From Diplonema japonicum (Eukaryota > Protista > Euglenozoa: Diplonemea), in the NCBI GenBank assembly GCA_964019335.1, contig OZ025709.1, forward strand, positions 248,001 to 312,000: 64,000 nucleotides of DNA, written 5' to 3'. Shown here in pieces: positions 44,636 to 55,614 of this stretch; positions within the stretch are counted from its first letter, which is position 1, and each line of letters begins with the position of its first letter. Below the pieces are notes generated by a model, which was not told the origin of the DNA, did not search any database, and saw only the letters and a program-made list of their open reading frames with translations. Position numbers and translations under genes: made by a program.

Positions 44636-47600
44636 TCACAATGTTCCCTGCCGCTCCAAGAGCTGGGCGGTCTTACAGGCGTCGGTGGACAGGAGGACTT
44701 TGAGGGAAGGAAGGGAGCTACCGAAGATCTGACTCCTTTGGTCGGTCCTCTTTCCGTCTTGGCATTCCCGTAGGAGGTGGCTTAGAGTCTGGGGTTGCGA
44801 ACATAGATGGCACGGGACCTCCTCGACTGGGGGTATGAGTAGGTATCCGCAAGTGAGTGGGCTCTTCCCCACCCTCAGCCTCATGATCGCCACTTCTTTC
44901 TTTCTGTCCAGCTCCTCGAACTTCTCGTAACTTCCGGCAAACTGCTCCCTGTACGTCTTTGTGACGCCAGTATCCTTCCATAGGCGGAGGTGGCTTCTGA
45001 TGACATGCTTCCTCACCAGAGTTTTAACCACCTCAATGTCTGTCTCACGGGTGTGGGCCAGTCTTTCGCTCGCCTCTTTTGCCTTCTGGTCCGCCTTCTC
45101 GTTCCACTTGTACCCGCAGTGACTCGGGACGTATTGAACGATTAGCTTGTGGCCTCTGCCTGTCAAGCTCGCGACCTCCTGCCAGAGTTCGAAGTCATCT
45201 TTGGAGGCTGCCGACATGTGTCCCTGGCACATCTTCCGTATCACCGACTGCGAATCTGTGCATATCAGAACCATCCCTTGGCTTGCAAGCTTCCTCTCTG
45301 AGAGTCTTGTCGCCAGTCGGATCCCTAGCCTCAGGGCCCTGAGTTCGCATTTGTAGGATGTCGAATACAGTCCACCGCTGATCCCGTAGGCAGCATCGGA
45401 CCCGTTGTGCAGCAGGATGGCGGCCGAGCCTCCGTTTTTCCCATCCTTTACGGACCCGTCTGTGAACACCATGCAGAATGCCCGGCCGTGTTTCTCGCAT
45501 AACCTGTTCAGGGTGTTCGTTGTTGCCTCTTTCCTGACCTCTTTTGGGTCCGTCCTTTTCACCTGCGTGTCTAGGAAGGGGGAGAGCACGAGTTGCCCCT
45601 CGAATCTTTGCCAGGGTGCAACCGCGAGTCTCCTCATGAAGACGGCGCCCGAGTGAGGTGTGCCCGTCCTCTCTGGGAGTTTGTAGGCTTTCGATGCCTC
45701 TCTCTGTTTGTCAGACCAAGTCCTCCTTGGTAGGAGCTTCTCGTACCTGGTCAGATCCTCCAGAGGCTGAGTCGCCTGGTATGCGGCGGTGTCCACTTTT
45801 CTCATCAGTGACTCGTAGAGCAACAGGCTGTCGTGTTCGATCAGCGCATCCAGGGTCCACAGCCCCGCTTCGTTCAGTGTCGCGAATGTCTCTGATGACG
45901 CGATGCAGCCTGTGATCTTCACCGCTGCCCTGTATTGAAGCTTCTTGATGCCTTCGTGGGGCGTGTTCCTCCCGCTCGGGAGAAATGACCCGTACACGCC
46001 CAAGCAGTATCTGAAGACTGGTTGCACATATGTGAGGTATAGAGCCCTCAACACCACCTTCTTGCAACCCCATCTCGTTCCCGCAAGGCAGCTCAGCAGC
46101 CTGACCCTGCTTTCACCTCTTTCCAAGACGTCTCTGGAGTGTTCGGAGAAAAGCATGTCCTCCTCGAAGGTGACTCCGAGCAGCTTTGTTTTTTCGACCA
46201 CCTCGAGTTCTTCGCCGGTCTTGAAAGTTGCTCTGATCTTCCCCTTCAGTGTTCTCTGCGGATAGGAGATGCCAGCAACGGGAAGGAACTCTGTCTTTCC
46301 CTTGGAGATCACCATCGAGTTTCTCGAGCACCAGCTCTCCACAACCCTCAGGATCTTCATCAGTTTTCCATTCAAGCTGTCCAGGTCTTTTTCGTGCAGC
46401 ACCACCGCAATGTCGTCTGCGTACATCACGGCATCAATGCCCTCCTTTTCGAACGTCTCTGAGAGGTCGTCCATGTAGATCGAGAAGAGGGTTGGGGCAA
46501 GGATGGTTCCCTGTGGAACCCCACCCGTTATGTGTTCGTGCTTCCCTGTTTCGCCACTCACCTTGACGGCAGCGATCCTCTGGTCTAGGAAAGCGGCCAC
46601 CCAGTCCGTAATTCTTTGCGGGTAGCCATTACTCCTCATTTTCGCATTTAGACCCTTGTGCCACACTGTGTCGAAGGCTCCTTTCAGGTCGAAGAGCAAA
46701 AGTCCGCCGCAGAACTCATCGTCTCTGATGCGGTTCAGTTTCGTGGTCACTTGCAGGACGTTCTCTTCTGTGGAGCGCCCTTTCCTGAAACCTGACTGCA
46801 TTTTGTGCACCCTCTTCACATCTCCCACGTCTTGGTGGTAGTCGACCCTTATCTTTACTATCCTCTCCATTGTCTTTGAAATGTTGGAGGTTAGCGATAT
46901 CGGTCTGTACGATGCCGGATCACTTCTTGACTTGCCCTTTCCTTTGTAAAGTGGGATTATGTGCGTGAACCTCCAGTCTGATGGTACCACTCCCTTCTCC
47001 CATGACATATTGAACAGATGGAGTAATGTGTCCATGGCCGTCCCCCCCAGGTGTTTCAGCATCTCGTTGTAGACACCGTCTGGGCCCGGGGATTTCCCCT
47101 TCTTCAACTGCCTCAGCGCGTGCTTCAGTTCCTCCATGCTTATCCCTGGGCAAGTGACCCTGTCCCTCAAGTCCTTGATCACTTTGGACTTCCTGTTTTC
47201 ACCGTCCAGCATCTTCTTTGTGTCCTTGTTAAGGTGGGGTGCAAAAGCCTTTGCGTAGTGCTCCACAAGGACGTCTGCTTTTTGCTTCGCCGATGTGTGT
47301 AGCTTGCCGCCTGCCATTAGTGGTGCTACTGGATCTTTGTCCTTCCTGCCATCGAGCGTTTTTATCGTCCTGAAAGCGTGTCCCAAGTCCTTTTTCTGAG
47401 ACAGCTCCTTCATGTAGTCGGCCCACGCTCTTTTCTTCCCTTCATCGATCTGTTTCTGCACTTGCCTGCTGATTTCACCAAGCCTCTCGCATTGTTCTAT
47501 CGATGGGATGCCGATGTCCGACATAATCTCCTTCTTCAGAGCGTTTCTTCTTCCAACCAGTTGCGTCAGCTCTTCAGTCCACCACGCTTTCCCGCCTCTC

Positions 47601-48619
47601 GCTCCCCCTCTTGGGATGAAGAGCCTGGCGGCCTCCTTGACTGCTTCAGTGAACTGCTTGTTTAGCCTGACCGGGTCTCCTGTTCTCTGCAGGTGCCTCA
47701 GGGTGTACTCCAGATGATTTCTGTACCCCTCCCAGTCAGCTTTTTTGAAGCTGAATTTCTTAATGGTTGGTCCGGTTTCGTATTTCGTTCTTATCCGGAT
47801 GGACATGGGTATGTGGTCAGACCCCCATGAATCGAGGGTTGTCCAGGATCTAGAGTCCATGTCTGGCCCGCTTATCACCAGGTCCGGTGATGATAAGGAA
47901 CCTCTTGTGTTCAATAGTGTCGGTGTGGCTTTGTCATTCCAGGGTCGCATCCCTTTCTCGATCATCCACTTTGCGACTTTGTCACCTATGAGGTCCTCTT
48001 TCTTTCTTCTCCCGTCCCACAGAGGGTGGTGGGCGTTGAAATCCCCCATGATTAAGGTTCTGTCCCCTGTCGGGAGTGTGTTCGGGTTGAAGTAGGTGTC
48101 GATGCTCGGTCTGTCATCGCTCGGATCTGACGGCGATGTTGGTGGAAGGTAGATGTTCACCAGGAGGATCTCCTTTTGACCTGGCGGGTATATTTTGACG
48201 TCCAGTCTTTCCGTCACGTCATTTTTCTTCTCCTTCCTTTCGACACCGCTAGCGTTGATGCCTTCTTTCACGAGAGTCAGTAAGCCGCCCCCTTTTATGG
48301 GGAAATTCCTCCTTCTCGGTCGCGTCCTGTCTCTTCGGAAAGCTCTGTACCCTTCGAACCAGCCGTGGATCGCATCGTCTGATGTTAGGTGTGTCTCTTG
48401 GAGACACAGGATGTCCGGCGCTGTTTCTTCGATAGCCTTCTCGATTTCGGCCTTCCTAGCTCTGAGGGACCTCACGTTCAGCGAGACTATCTTCAGCCAT
48501 CCGTCTTTCGCGGCTGGCCCCGGGTTCTGCTCGACGTCACCGCACGCCAAGATGTCCATATCATGTGGTCCGCAACCTTTGCGCATCTTTCTCGGTGTGG
48601 TCGAGGGTCGTTTCAGCAT
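44636..48619 (-). CDS. LINE-C ORF2: 2A peptide, APE, RT, RNase H, Zn finger
   Basis: ILACGDVEQNPGP; SLNVRS, LQET, GDFNAHH; YRPISLTS, YADD; FTDGS, CTDSQS; CHLC..H...C. First ATG at 48619. Confidence 0.93.
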   Translation of the reverse strand: MLKRPSTTPRKMRKGCGPHDMDILACGDVEQNPGPAAKDGWLKIVSLNVRSLRARKAEIEKAIEETAPDILCLQETHLTSDDAIHGWFEGYRAFRRDRTRPRRRNFPIKGGGLLTLVKEGINASGVERKEKKNDVTERLDVKIYPPGQKEILLVNIYLPPTSPSDPSDDRPSIDTYFNPNTLPTGDRTLIMGDFNAHHPLWDGRRKKEDLIGDKVAKWMIEKGMRPWNDKATPTLLNTRGSLSSPDLVISGPDMDSRSWTTLDSWGSDHIPMSIRIRTKYETGPTIKKFSFKKADWEGYRNHLEYTLRHLQRTGDPVRLNKQFTEAVKEAARLFIPRGGARGGKAWWTEELTQLVGRRNALKKEIMSDIGIPSIEQCERLGEISRQVQKQIDEGKKRAWADYMKELSQKKDLGHAFRTIKTLDGRKDKDPVAPLMAGGKLHTSAKQKADVLVEHYAKAFAPHLNKDTKKMLDGENRKSKVIKDLRDRVTCPGISMEELKHALRQLKKGKSPGPDGVYNEMLKHLGGTAMDTLLHLFNMSWEKGVVPSDWRFTHIIPLYKGKGKSRSDPASYRPISLTSNISKTMERIVKIRVDYHQDVGDVKRVHKMQSGFRKGRSTEENVLQVTTKLNRIRDDEFCGGLLLFDLKGAFDTVWHKGLNAKMRSNGYPQRITDWVAAFLDQRIAAVKVSGETGKHEHITGGVPQGTILAPTLFSIYMDDLSETFEKEGIDAVMYADDIAVVLHEKDLDSLNGKLMKILRVVESWCSRNSMVISKGKTEFLPVAGISYPQRTLKGKIRATFKTGEELEVVEKTKLLGVTFEEDMLFSEHSRDVLERGESRVRLLSCLAGTRWGCKKVVLRALYLTYVQPVFRYCLGVYGSFLPSGRNTPHEGIKKLQYRAAVKITGCIASSETFATLNEAGLWTLDALIEHDSLLLYESLMRKVDTAAYQATQPLEDLTRYEKLLPRRTWSDKQREASKAYKLPERTGTPHSGAVFMRRLAVAPWQRFEGQLVLSPFLDTQVKRTDPKEVRKEATTNTLNRLCEKHGRAFCMVFTDGSVKDGKNGGSAAILLHNGSDAAYGISGGLYSTSYKCELRALRLGIRLATRLSERKLASQGMVLICTDSQSVIRKMCQGHMSAASKDDFELWQEVASLTGRGHKLIVQYVPSHCGYKWNEKADQKAKEASERLAHTRETDIEVVKTLVRKHVIRSHLRLWKDTGVTKTYREQFAGSYEKFEELDRKKEVAIMRLRVGKSPLTCGYLLIPPVEEVPCHLCSQPQTLSHLLRECQDGKRTDQRSQIFGSSLPSLKVLLSTDACKTAQLLERQGTL

Positions 48620-49074
48620 GTATGTCACTCTGCCTTTGTGGTCACCCCTACCTTCAGGTCTTCGAAGATAGGGTTGTACGACTTGGGGGGGGCCGGCCCT
48701 AACAGACCTTACGTCGCCACCACTAACGCCTTGTCCCGTTTGGACACCCCTATACGTGCGGGGCCGGCCAGGATTTAGCCGCGAGTTGTAGCCAAGTCGT
48801 ACGAGCTTCCTTCGCGCAGAGAGATGACATTGCTGTGACCCGTTGTCGTCGTCGTCGTCGTCGTCGTGTATTATTTTTTTTTTATTTTTATATTTTTTTT
48901 TTGTTGTTTTTTTTTTTTCTCTTGTTCTTTTATTTTCTTTATGTTTTTTTTTTTGTTTTTGTTTTTTTTTTTATGGTTTTTTTTTTTTTTTTTTTTTTTT
49001 ATTATTTTTTTTTTTGTAGACGAATTGGGGGCTTAATAGGGAAACACTTTCTTTTTTCTTTTTTTTTTCTTTCT

Positions 49075-50430
49075 TATCTATTATGGTAAAATGGAAAAAA
49101 CTTATCACCTTTTTCACCTCTTCTTTGATTTTCCGCCTTTCCCGGACTTCTTCGCTGTGTCCGGTGTGCTCGGTGTCGGCGATGTCGAGGTGGAGGAGGA
49201 GGTTGTCCCCTTCGAACCCTTCGAGCCCCCTGGTGCGTAGGGCGCTGCCTTCAGCGACACCTTTGCAGAGGCCCATTCCTGGCCCCTGCGCCTTCCTGGT
49301 TTTGCTCCGGCGGGAGTCTTCCAACTCCGTTTCCGAGCCCGAGGATGGCTGGTGTTGCTGTGGGGTGTTCGGTTCCAGCTCCGGTCCGATGAATTTGGAC
49401 GGTGTCGGGGCTGTGGGTGTGGCGGTGGTTTGGGCCTTTTTGGCCTTTAGGGCCGTTCTTCTGGCGGTGTCCCTCGCGTCCCGCTCCTCCTGCTTGGCCA
49501 TCATGGCACGCACCCCTTTCTCCAGAGCCTCCTGTTGACTCCTCAGCTGCTCCATCAGAGCCGGGAGGCTGGTCCTGATCTCTGCCAGACCCTCTCCCTG
49601 CTTCCGCAGCTCCTCCCCCTGCACACTTACCTGTTTCTGCAGGGGTTGGATGCTGGTCTGGACGGCTGCCAGTCCTTCCCCCTGCTTCAGCACCGCCTCC
49701 CCTTGCGCACTGACCTGTTTCTGCAGGGCCGGGTAACTGGACTGTGCTTCTGCCAGAGACGTCCTCTGTCTCTGCAGTTCCTCTCTCTGCGCGGTGATCT
49801 CCTGTCTCTGCGCCGAGAGTTCGGCCCTCTGCGCCGCAACTTCTTGATGCAGATTCTGCATCTGGGCTACCATATCTGGCGAGATTGTTGCTGTTGTTGG
49901 GGGGGCTCCTGTGTGTTTTTTTGGGGTGTGGCGGTCCTCTTCCTCCACTCTTCTACTGCCTTGCAGTAGAGCTGCCACCCTACCGACCGGCCGTAGAATT
50001 CCAGAAATTCTTCTGGGCTGTACCTGTCTTGGTGGACTTTTGTTCTTTTTTTTTTTTCTTCCCCCTTCCTCGACCACTTCTTCCCTCCTGCAGCCCTGGA
50101 CTCCAGGGGGTCGGCCACCTTTATCGCCGGCAGGACTTCTGCCGTGGCGCCGTTCACCTTGATGCAGGTGTGGTGGGGGGGGGTGCGTGCGGTGTAGAGG
50201 AGGAAGGACGCGCCTTCCGTCGTCAGGATGACGACCTTCTCGGTCTGCTCTGAGACCGTTGCTGCGAGAATCGCAGCTGCGCCCTTCTCCTCCACTCCCT
50301 TCGGCAGCGGACCGATGATCCAGTTGCCCTTCCGCACCTCGTCCTTTTTCTCCTTCTTCTTCTCTTCTTCTTCTTCGAATACCAGATTTAACTCTGGCAT
50401 CGCCGCGGCGTCTTCGTCCACCTGCATCTG
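49075..50430 (-). CDS. LINE-C ORF1 (coiled-coil), frameshifted at a homopolymer
   Basis: ORFs 49867..50631 and 48971..50077 overlap. YSPEEFLEFYG..W motif, then a Q/E-rich coiled coil with a 21-aa internal repeat. Ends uncertain. Confidence 0.55.
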
Positions 50431-50448
50431 CAGGCTGTCCAGTGGGGG

Positions 50449-50570
50449 CCTCGTGGAGGCGTCCGCGCTCGTGGAGGCGTCCGCCCGTTTTTTTTTTTTT
50501 TTTCGCGCTCGTGGAGGCGTCCGCCCGTTTTTTTTTTTTTTTTTCGCGCTCGTGGAGGCGTCCGCCCGTT
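50449..50570. repeat. Tandem repeats (cgcgctcgtggaggcgtccgcccg + T-run) in the LINE-C 5' region
   Basis: Four copies of ctcgtggaggcgtccgc, three followed by poly(T). Confidence 0.8.
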
Positions 50571-51306
50571 TTTTTTTTTTTTTTTTTTTTTTTTCAAAAT
50601 ACCAATAGGTGCCACCATGGGGGAGCAACACCTGGGAAGGGGAAAGGTGAAGGGAAGCATGGAAATATTACAGGGAGGGCGAAGACCAGTTCTTCTGCAA
50701 TCAGATGGAGCTGTGGACTCCGCCAACCCGTGCACCTGTTTGGAACAGCCGAAGAGGGCTGAATTACTTTAATTCCAAGCCGCGTAGACCTACGTGACTC
50801 GGACGGGGACCTTGACCCCAGTTCGTCGTTTTTCTCAACTGGGACCTCTGGTGACCGGAACTGGCCCCGGTCGCCCCCTCGAGAGGGATTTGCTCCATTG
50901 AGCGAAACATGAAAGGGTGAGAGTAAAATCTCTCAAAATCAAAAGGGGAAGCGAGTGTGCGTGTGCGCATGGGGATGTTAGGGGAAGCATTTGCTCTCCC
51001 CGCTGCACTCCGGCTGGCGGGGGGAGGGGATGGCCGTACCACACTCGTTCGTGCGAAGATGAGAGGACTCATCTGGGCAACTTCAGAGTAGGCCGGGCCA
51101 TCCGTTTTTGACTACAATGTCAGGGCACACGATAACAAGAGGATGTTAATTTTAAAAATTTAAAAGTTTAAAAGGGGACGGGCATACTGGTAAGAGAAAG
51201 GCCAGACGCCGGATGATGATAAAGAAAAGGATGAGAGGGAGTGGAAGAGAGGGGAAGGGAACGTAAGCACTAAAAGAATTGAAATGTTGATCTCACCCTA
51301 CTCACT

Positions 51307-54300
51307 TCAGCGCAACACGGGGGCCGCAGGGCCGGCGTCAAGGGAGACAGCCGGCGGGATGAACGAAGGGGCAGCGGTACCTGCCGTTGCCGCAGACGGC
51401 GACGTGAAGACCCCGGATCTGGCCCAGTCAAGCAAGCCAGAGTCGGCGATGAGGGTGAATACCTGCGTCACGCGTTTTGACAGGCACTCCACCAGCGAGG
51501 GGCGTCCATTGGGAGCGTCGAGCGAACCCCGTCCAACCACAGCGCACCCCCCAACAACGTGCTCCCTGGACATCTTTGCTCCACACGCTGGGCAGCTGAG
51601 CTCAGCCTTCTTCCTGTTCGGTCCAGCCGCCTGCAGGAAGCCGAAGAAGAGAGCGGAGTGCCCTACCCTCAGCCGCGAGATGACCGTCTCCGCTAGCCTG
51701 GGGAGGGACTGGGGGAAGCACGCCGCTCGGAGCCCCGTGGCCCTCGCGTATCTCGGGGCCACCTCCCCGACAATGACCGCAGACCTCTGCTGAATCTGGC
51801 GACGGACCAGGGCCCTGACCGACCTGTAGTCGAGAGAGGGGCGAGTCAGCTCGCGCTTCGTGCCCTCCCCGGCCAGCCTGTCTGCCGCCTCGTTGCCAGG
51901 AACCCCGCAGTGGGACGGCACAAACTGGAGAATGACTGGTGCACCTTGTGCACGTGCCGCGGCCACCAGCAGTTCCCAGGTCTCGTGGTCGAGCCTCTCC
52001 CTCTGCCGCGAAGGACCTGCCCTCAGCTGATCAAGGAGAGAGAGCGAGTCGGTACAGATCGACAGCCGGCTGTCTGCCAACGTGGGGTGCTCGCTCCGGA
52101 GCGCGGCCACCATGTCCAGAGCCACCTTGACAGCCAGACCCTCCGCCCGAAAGGAAGAGCAGAAATTGCTGACGCCGAAGCTCTCGGACACGGGTTCGTG
52201 GGGGCGGGGGAGCTGCAAGTAGACCCCGGCGCCGCCCCTCCACCTCTGGCGGTCCCGTACGACAGAACCATCCGTATAGGCATGGATACCCGGTGGAAGG
52301 GCAGCCAGAGCCTCCACGGCCGCCTTCCGCTTATCCACGTCCGGCGACGAACGCGTGACCCTGCCGGGAAGGGCAGTTCTGAACTCCACCAGGAACGCGT
52401 GCCACGGTGCTACTTTGGGCGAGGCAGTCAGTAGCTCGAAGGTGTCGTACTTCCTGAAGCCTTCCTGCGTCGTCCACCCCTGCAGTCCGCAGCGTCGTAG
52501 CGCAAGGATACCCGCACGCAGTCACCCATTGCCCATACCGGTCATCCGCTTCTGCTCAAGGACCTCGCGGTGAACCGGGGAGGTCCTCCAGCAGAACGAC
52601 TTCGCCGTCAACACCGCCGCAGCTCCCTCAGCCATCTGTCGGAGGGGTAGCAGACCTGCCTCAGCAACAACCTTCGCCGTGCCCGAGCCGTGCCAACAAC
52701 CCGAGATCAGCACCGCCGCTCTCTGGTGGAGCCCAACGAGCTCCTCCACCCTGCTGTCCCTGAGCCTGGCAAAGTAAACACCCATGCAGTACCGGAGTAG
52801 CGGGAGAACGTACGTGAGGTACAGAGATCGGAGCGTGGCCTTCTTGCACCCCCAGGTCGTGCCCGACAGGAGCCTTAGTACCCTCAGCCTCTTGTCAGCG
52901 CGCCTCAGGACATCCCCCGCATGCTCGTCAAACGTGAGCCCAGAGTCTACAGTGACCCCAAGATACTTCGCCGACCCACACAGAGGCAAGGGGCGAGCCG
53001 CCATGTAACCAATGTCGGACCTCCGGATGGCGGCGGGAATGTCGAAGGACCGTTTGCCACCCGCCTCCACGACCCGAAAGCCAGACAGCTCACGGACGCC
53101 AGACAAGGTCCCACAGGCCCCAACCCCAAGATTAAGGACAGGGTCCTGGAAGGCCCCCGGGCAAAGCGGGACACGCGACGAAGAGAAGTAGACATTAAGC
53201 CGCTTCTGATAGGGAACGCACACTGCCTGCGACTTGCTGGAGCTCAGCAGCATGCCCCGTCTCCCACACCAGCCCTCAACCGCGTCCATCACAGCCTGGG
53301 CCCCTCGCTCAAGACCAGCCAGGTCGCCCTGCCCGGCTGAGACCACCACCGCAACATCGTCGGCATAAAGAACCGACAGGTCCGCCATCCCAACCAGCAA
53401 CCTGGCTAGCTCGTCGACGTAGATGGTGTAAAGGACGGGTCCCAGCACAGACCCTTGGGGCACCCCTCTCCTCACCTTCGTCGTCGACCCTCGCGAACGA
53501 CCCACCGTGACCGCCGCCGTACGACCGCAGAGGAAGGAGCGCGTCCATTCGACGAAGGGCTCAGGGATCCCTTTCCTCCGCATCATGCCCAAGAGAGCTT
53601 CGTGCTGAACCAGGTCAAACGCAGATGAGAAGTCAAACAGCAGGGCAGCCGACAGACGCCGACTGTCTTTGTTCCTCGACAGACACCCGGTCAGGGACGC
53701 CACCTGCTCCTCCGTGGAGCGGCCCCTCCTGAAGCCAGCCTGGCTGTCGTGGAGACCCTCAACGCCCGACGCGCTAGAGTCTAGGAGAAAGGTAAGCCTC
53801 TCCTCTATCATCCTCTCAAGCAGCTTACAAAGACAGCTAGTGAGACATATGGGACGGTACGATGCAAGCAACGTGGCGTCCTTCCCTGCCTTCGCCACTG
53901 GAACAATCACCCCCTTCTTCCAGGCACCCGGCACGATCCCCGCCTGCCATGAGCGATTGAGGAGCAGAAGTAGAACCCCGAGCGAGGGTTGGTCGAGGTG
54001 GAGAAGCATCTCCGCGAAGATGCCATCATCACCCGCTGCACTGCGTGTCTTCATCCTTCCCAGACCGCGGGTGAGATCATACACCGTAAAGGCGTGGCAC
54101 CCAAGCACGTTCGTCGAAGGAGCTACGTCCACCGCGTCCCCATCACCACCCTGGCCGTAGAGCTTGCCGAAGTGAGCCCCCAGGCGGTCGGCTTTCGCCT
54201 TGTCCGTCACGAACCTCCCCTCGAGAATGGGAAGGTGCGGTCTGCGGTGTCTGCCGTCCAGCTTCTTCACCGCCCTAAACGCAGACCCGAGGTCCTTGCT

Positions 54301-55518
54301 CCGACTGAGGTCAGCCGCCATCTCACCCCAGGCCGCGCGCTTCGACTCGGTCATGAGTTGGTTTACCTCCTTGACCTTCGCCTTGTAGACCGCCGCCACG
54401 CTGTCGTCCTCAGTCTCAGCCGACTTGAGGAAGCGATCCCGCAGGGCGTTCCGTTCTTCGAAGGCGTCTTCGAGTTCGGCCGTCCACCAGGGGGTCGGGC
54501 CTCGTCGCACTCCGCAAAGCGGAATGTGGTCGTCAGCTGCATGCAGAAGAGCCTCTGTTACCTCCTTCGTGAAGGAGTCAATGTGGGCCTTCGTGTCGAT
54601 CTTGGTCAGAAGGGCAGCGGCGGCCGCGGTGAAGTCGTCCCACCTGGCCTTTTTGAAGTTCCAGGTAGGGCAGGGTCGCTCCGAGCAGTAGGCGTCCTCA
54701 AGCGGCAGGCGGAAGGAAACCGGGCTGTGATCAGAGCCCCACGTCCCCAACGTCCTCGGCTCCAGTTCCGCACAACGTCCCACCACCAGGTCCAGAACGC
54801 ATGGCGGTGAGTCCCGCGTCGGCTCGTCACGGTTGTTGTAGACCGTGTAGCCGTGGGTGTCAAGCCAGTCCCTGACCACGTTCCCCCTTTCGTTGGGCGT
54901 TGTCACCTTGGCATCCCAAGAGCTGTGGTGTGCGTTGAAGTCGCCAGCAACGATCGTGTTCTTCCCCACAGGTAGGCTGCCCGGCCGTAGGTACTCGGGG
55001 TCCCTTGTCCCTCTGCTTATACTCACAGGCGTGAGGTACACGTTGGAGAGGGTGACCGGGACGCGCTTCACACAGGAGATCCTCACGTCTAATCGCTCGG
55101 TGACACTGTCACCTTCAGGGAGTACGAAAGGAGCTTCCTCCGAGGCAAGGCAGTCACGGACATACGTGATGACACCACCGCCTCTCGTCGCAGAGCCGTC
55201 CGTCACCGGTGTTGTGCGGTCCCTCCTGTAGGACGTGTATCCAGGCAGGTATGGTGTCTCATGCCCCTCCCTAAGGTGTGTCTCCTGGATCATAATGATA
55301 TCCAGCGTCAGTAGGACAGCGTGGTAGGACACGGTTGACCACTTGGCGGCAAGACCGTTGCAGTTCCAGGACAGGACCCTGAGTCCCTTCGGCTTCGGGG
55401 GTGGGAGCTTCTTAGGTGGACCGGGGTTCGTCTCAACCAGCCCAAGCAGCCCCAGCAGGTCCCTGGCCGACATCCGTTCAAGTAAGGAAGGGATCAAGGA
55501 AGGGAGGACGTCGTACAA
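51307..55518 (-). pseudogene. LINE-D ORF2 interrupted by a single in-frame TGA
   Basis: ORFs 52522..55518 and 51307..52389 share a frame. The stop in GNG*LRAG aligns with the Trp of KSWRN/RTWSD in LINE-B/C. Motifs GLVETNPGP, SWNCNG, YADD, YTDGS. Confidence 0.85.
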
Positions 55519-55614
55519 GTGATGTGGAAGGTGTCTCCTCGGCTGTATGCGCGGGAGACCAGGAGAGGGGGCGTGGTCGTCGATCTGACGCCCCCCCTGC
55601 TCAGCGGGACCCCT

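Larger units (their letters stand above)
43800..50755 (-). mobile_element. Non-LTR retrotransposon LINE-C, ORF1 + 2A-APE-RT-RNase H ORF2
   Basis: ORF2 44636..48628 is intact. ORF1 (~49075..50430) is split at a T-run near 50050. Conserved 5' end at 50590-50755, ~830-bp 3' UTR, TTA/A tail at ~43800-43835. Confidence 0.92.

Noticed and set aside
52522-52524. UGA-to-Trp genetic code reassignment suggested by a TGA at a conserved Trp
   Set aside because: NEDD8, RSPH9 and the AlkB gene terminate at TGA, and Trp is TGG elsewhere. A TGG-to-TGA mutation is simpler.
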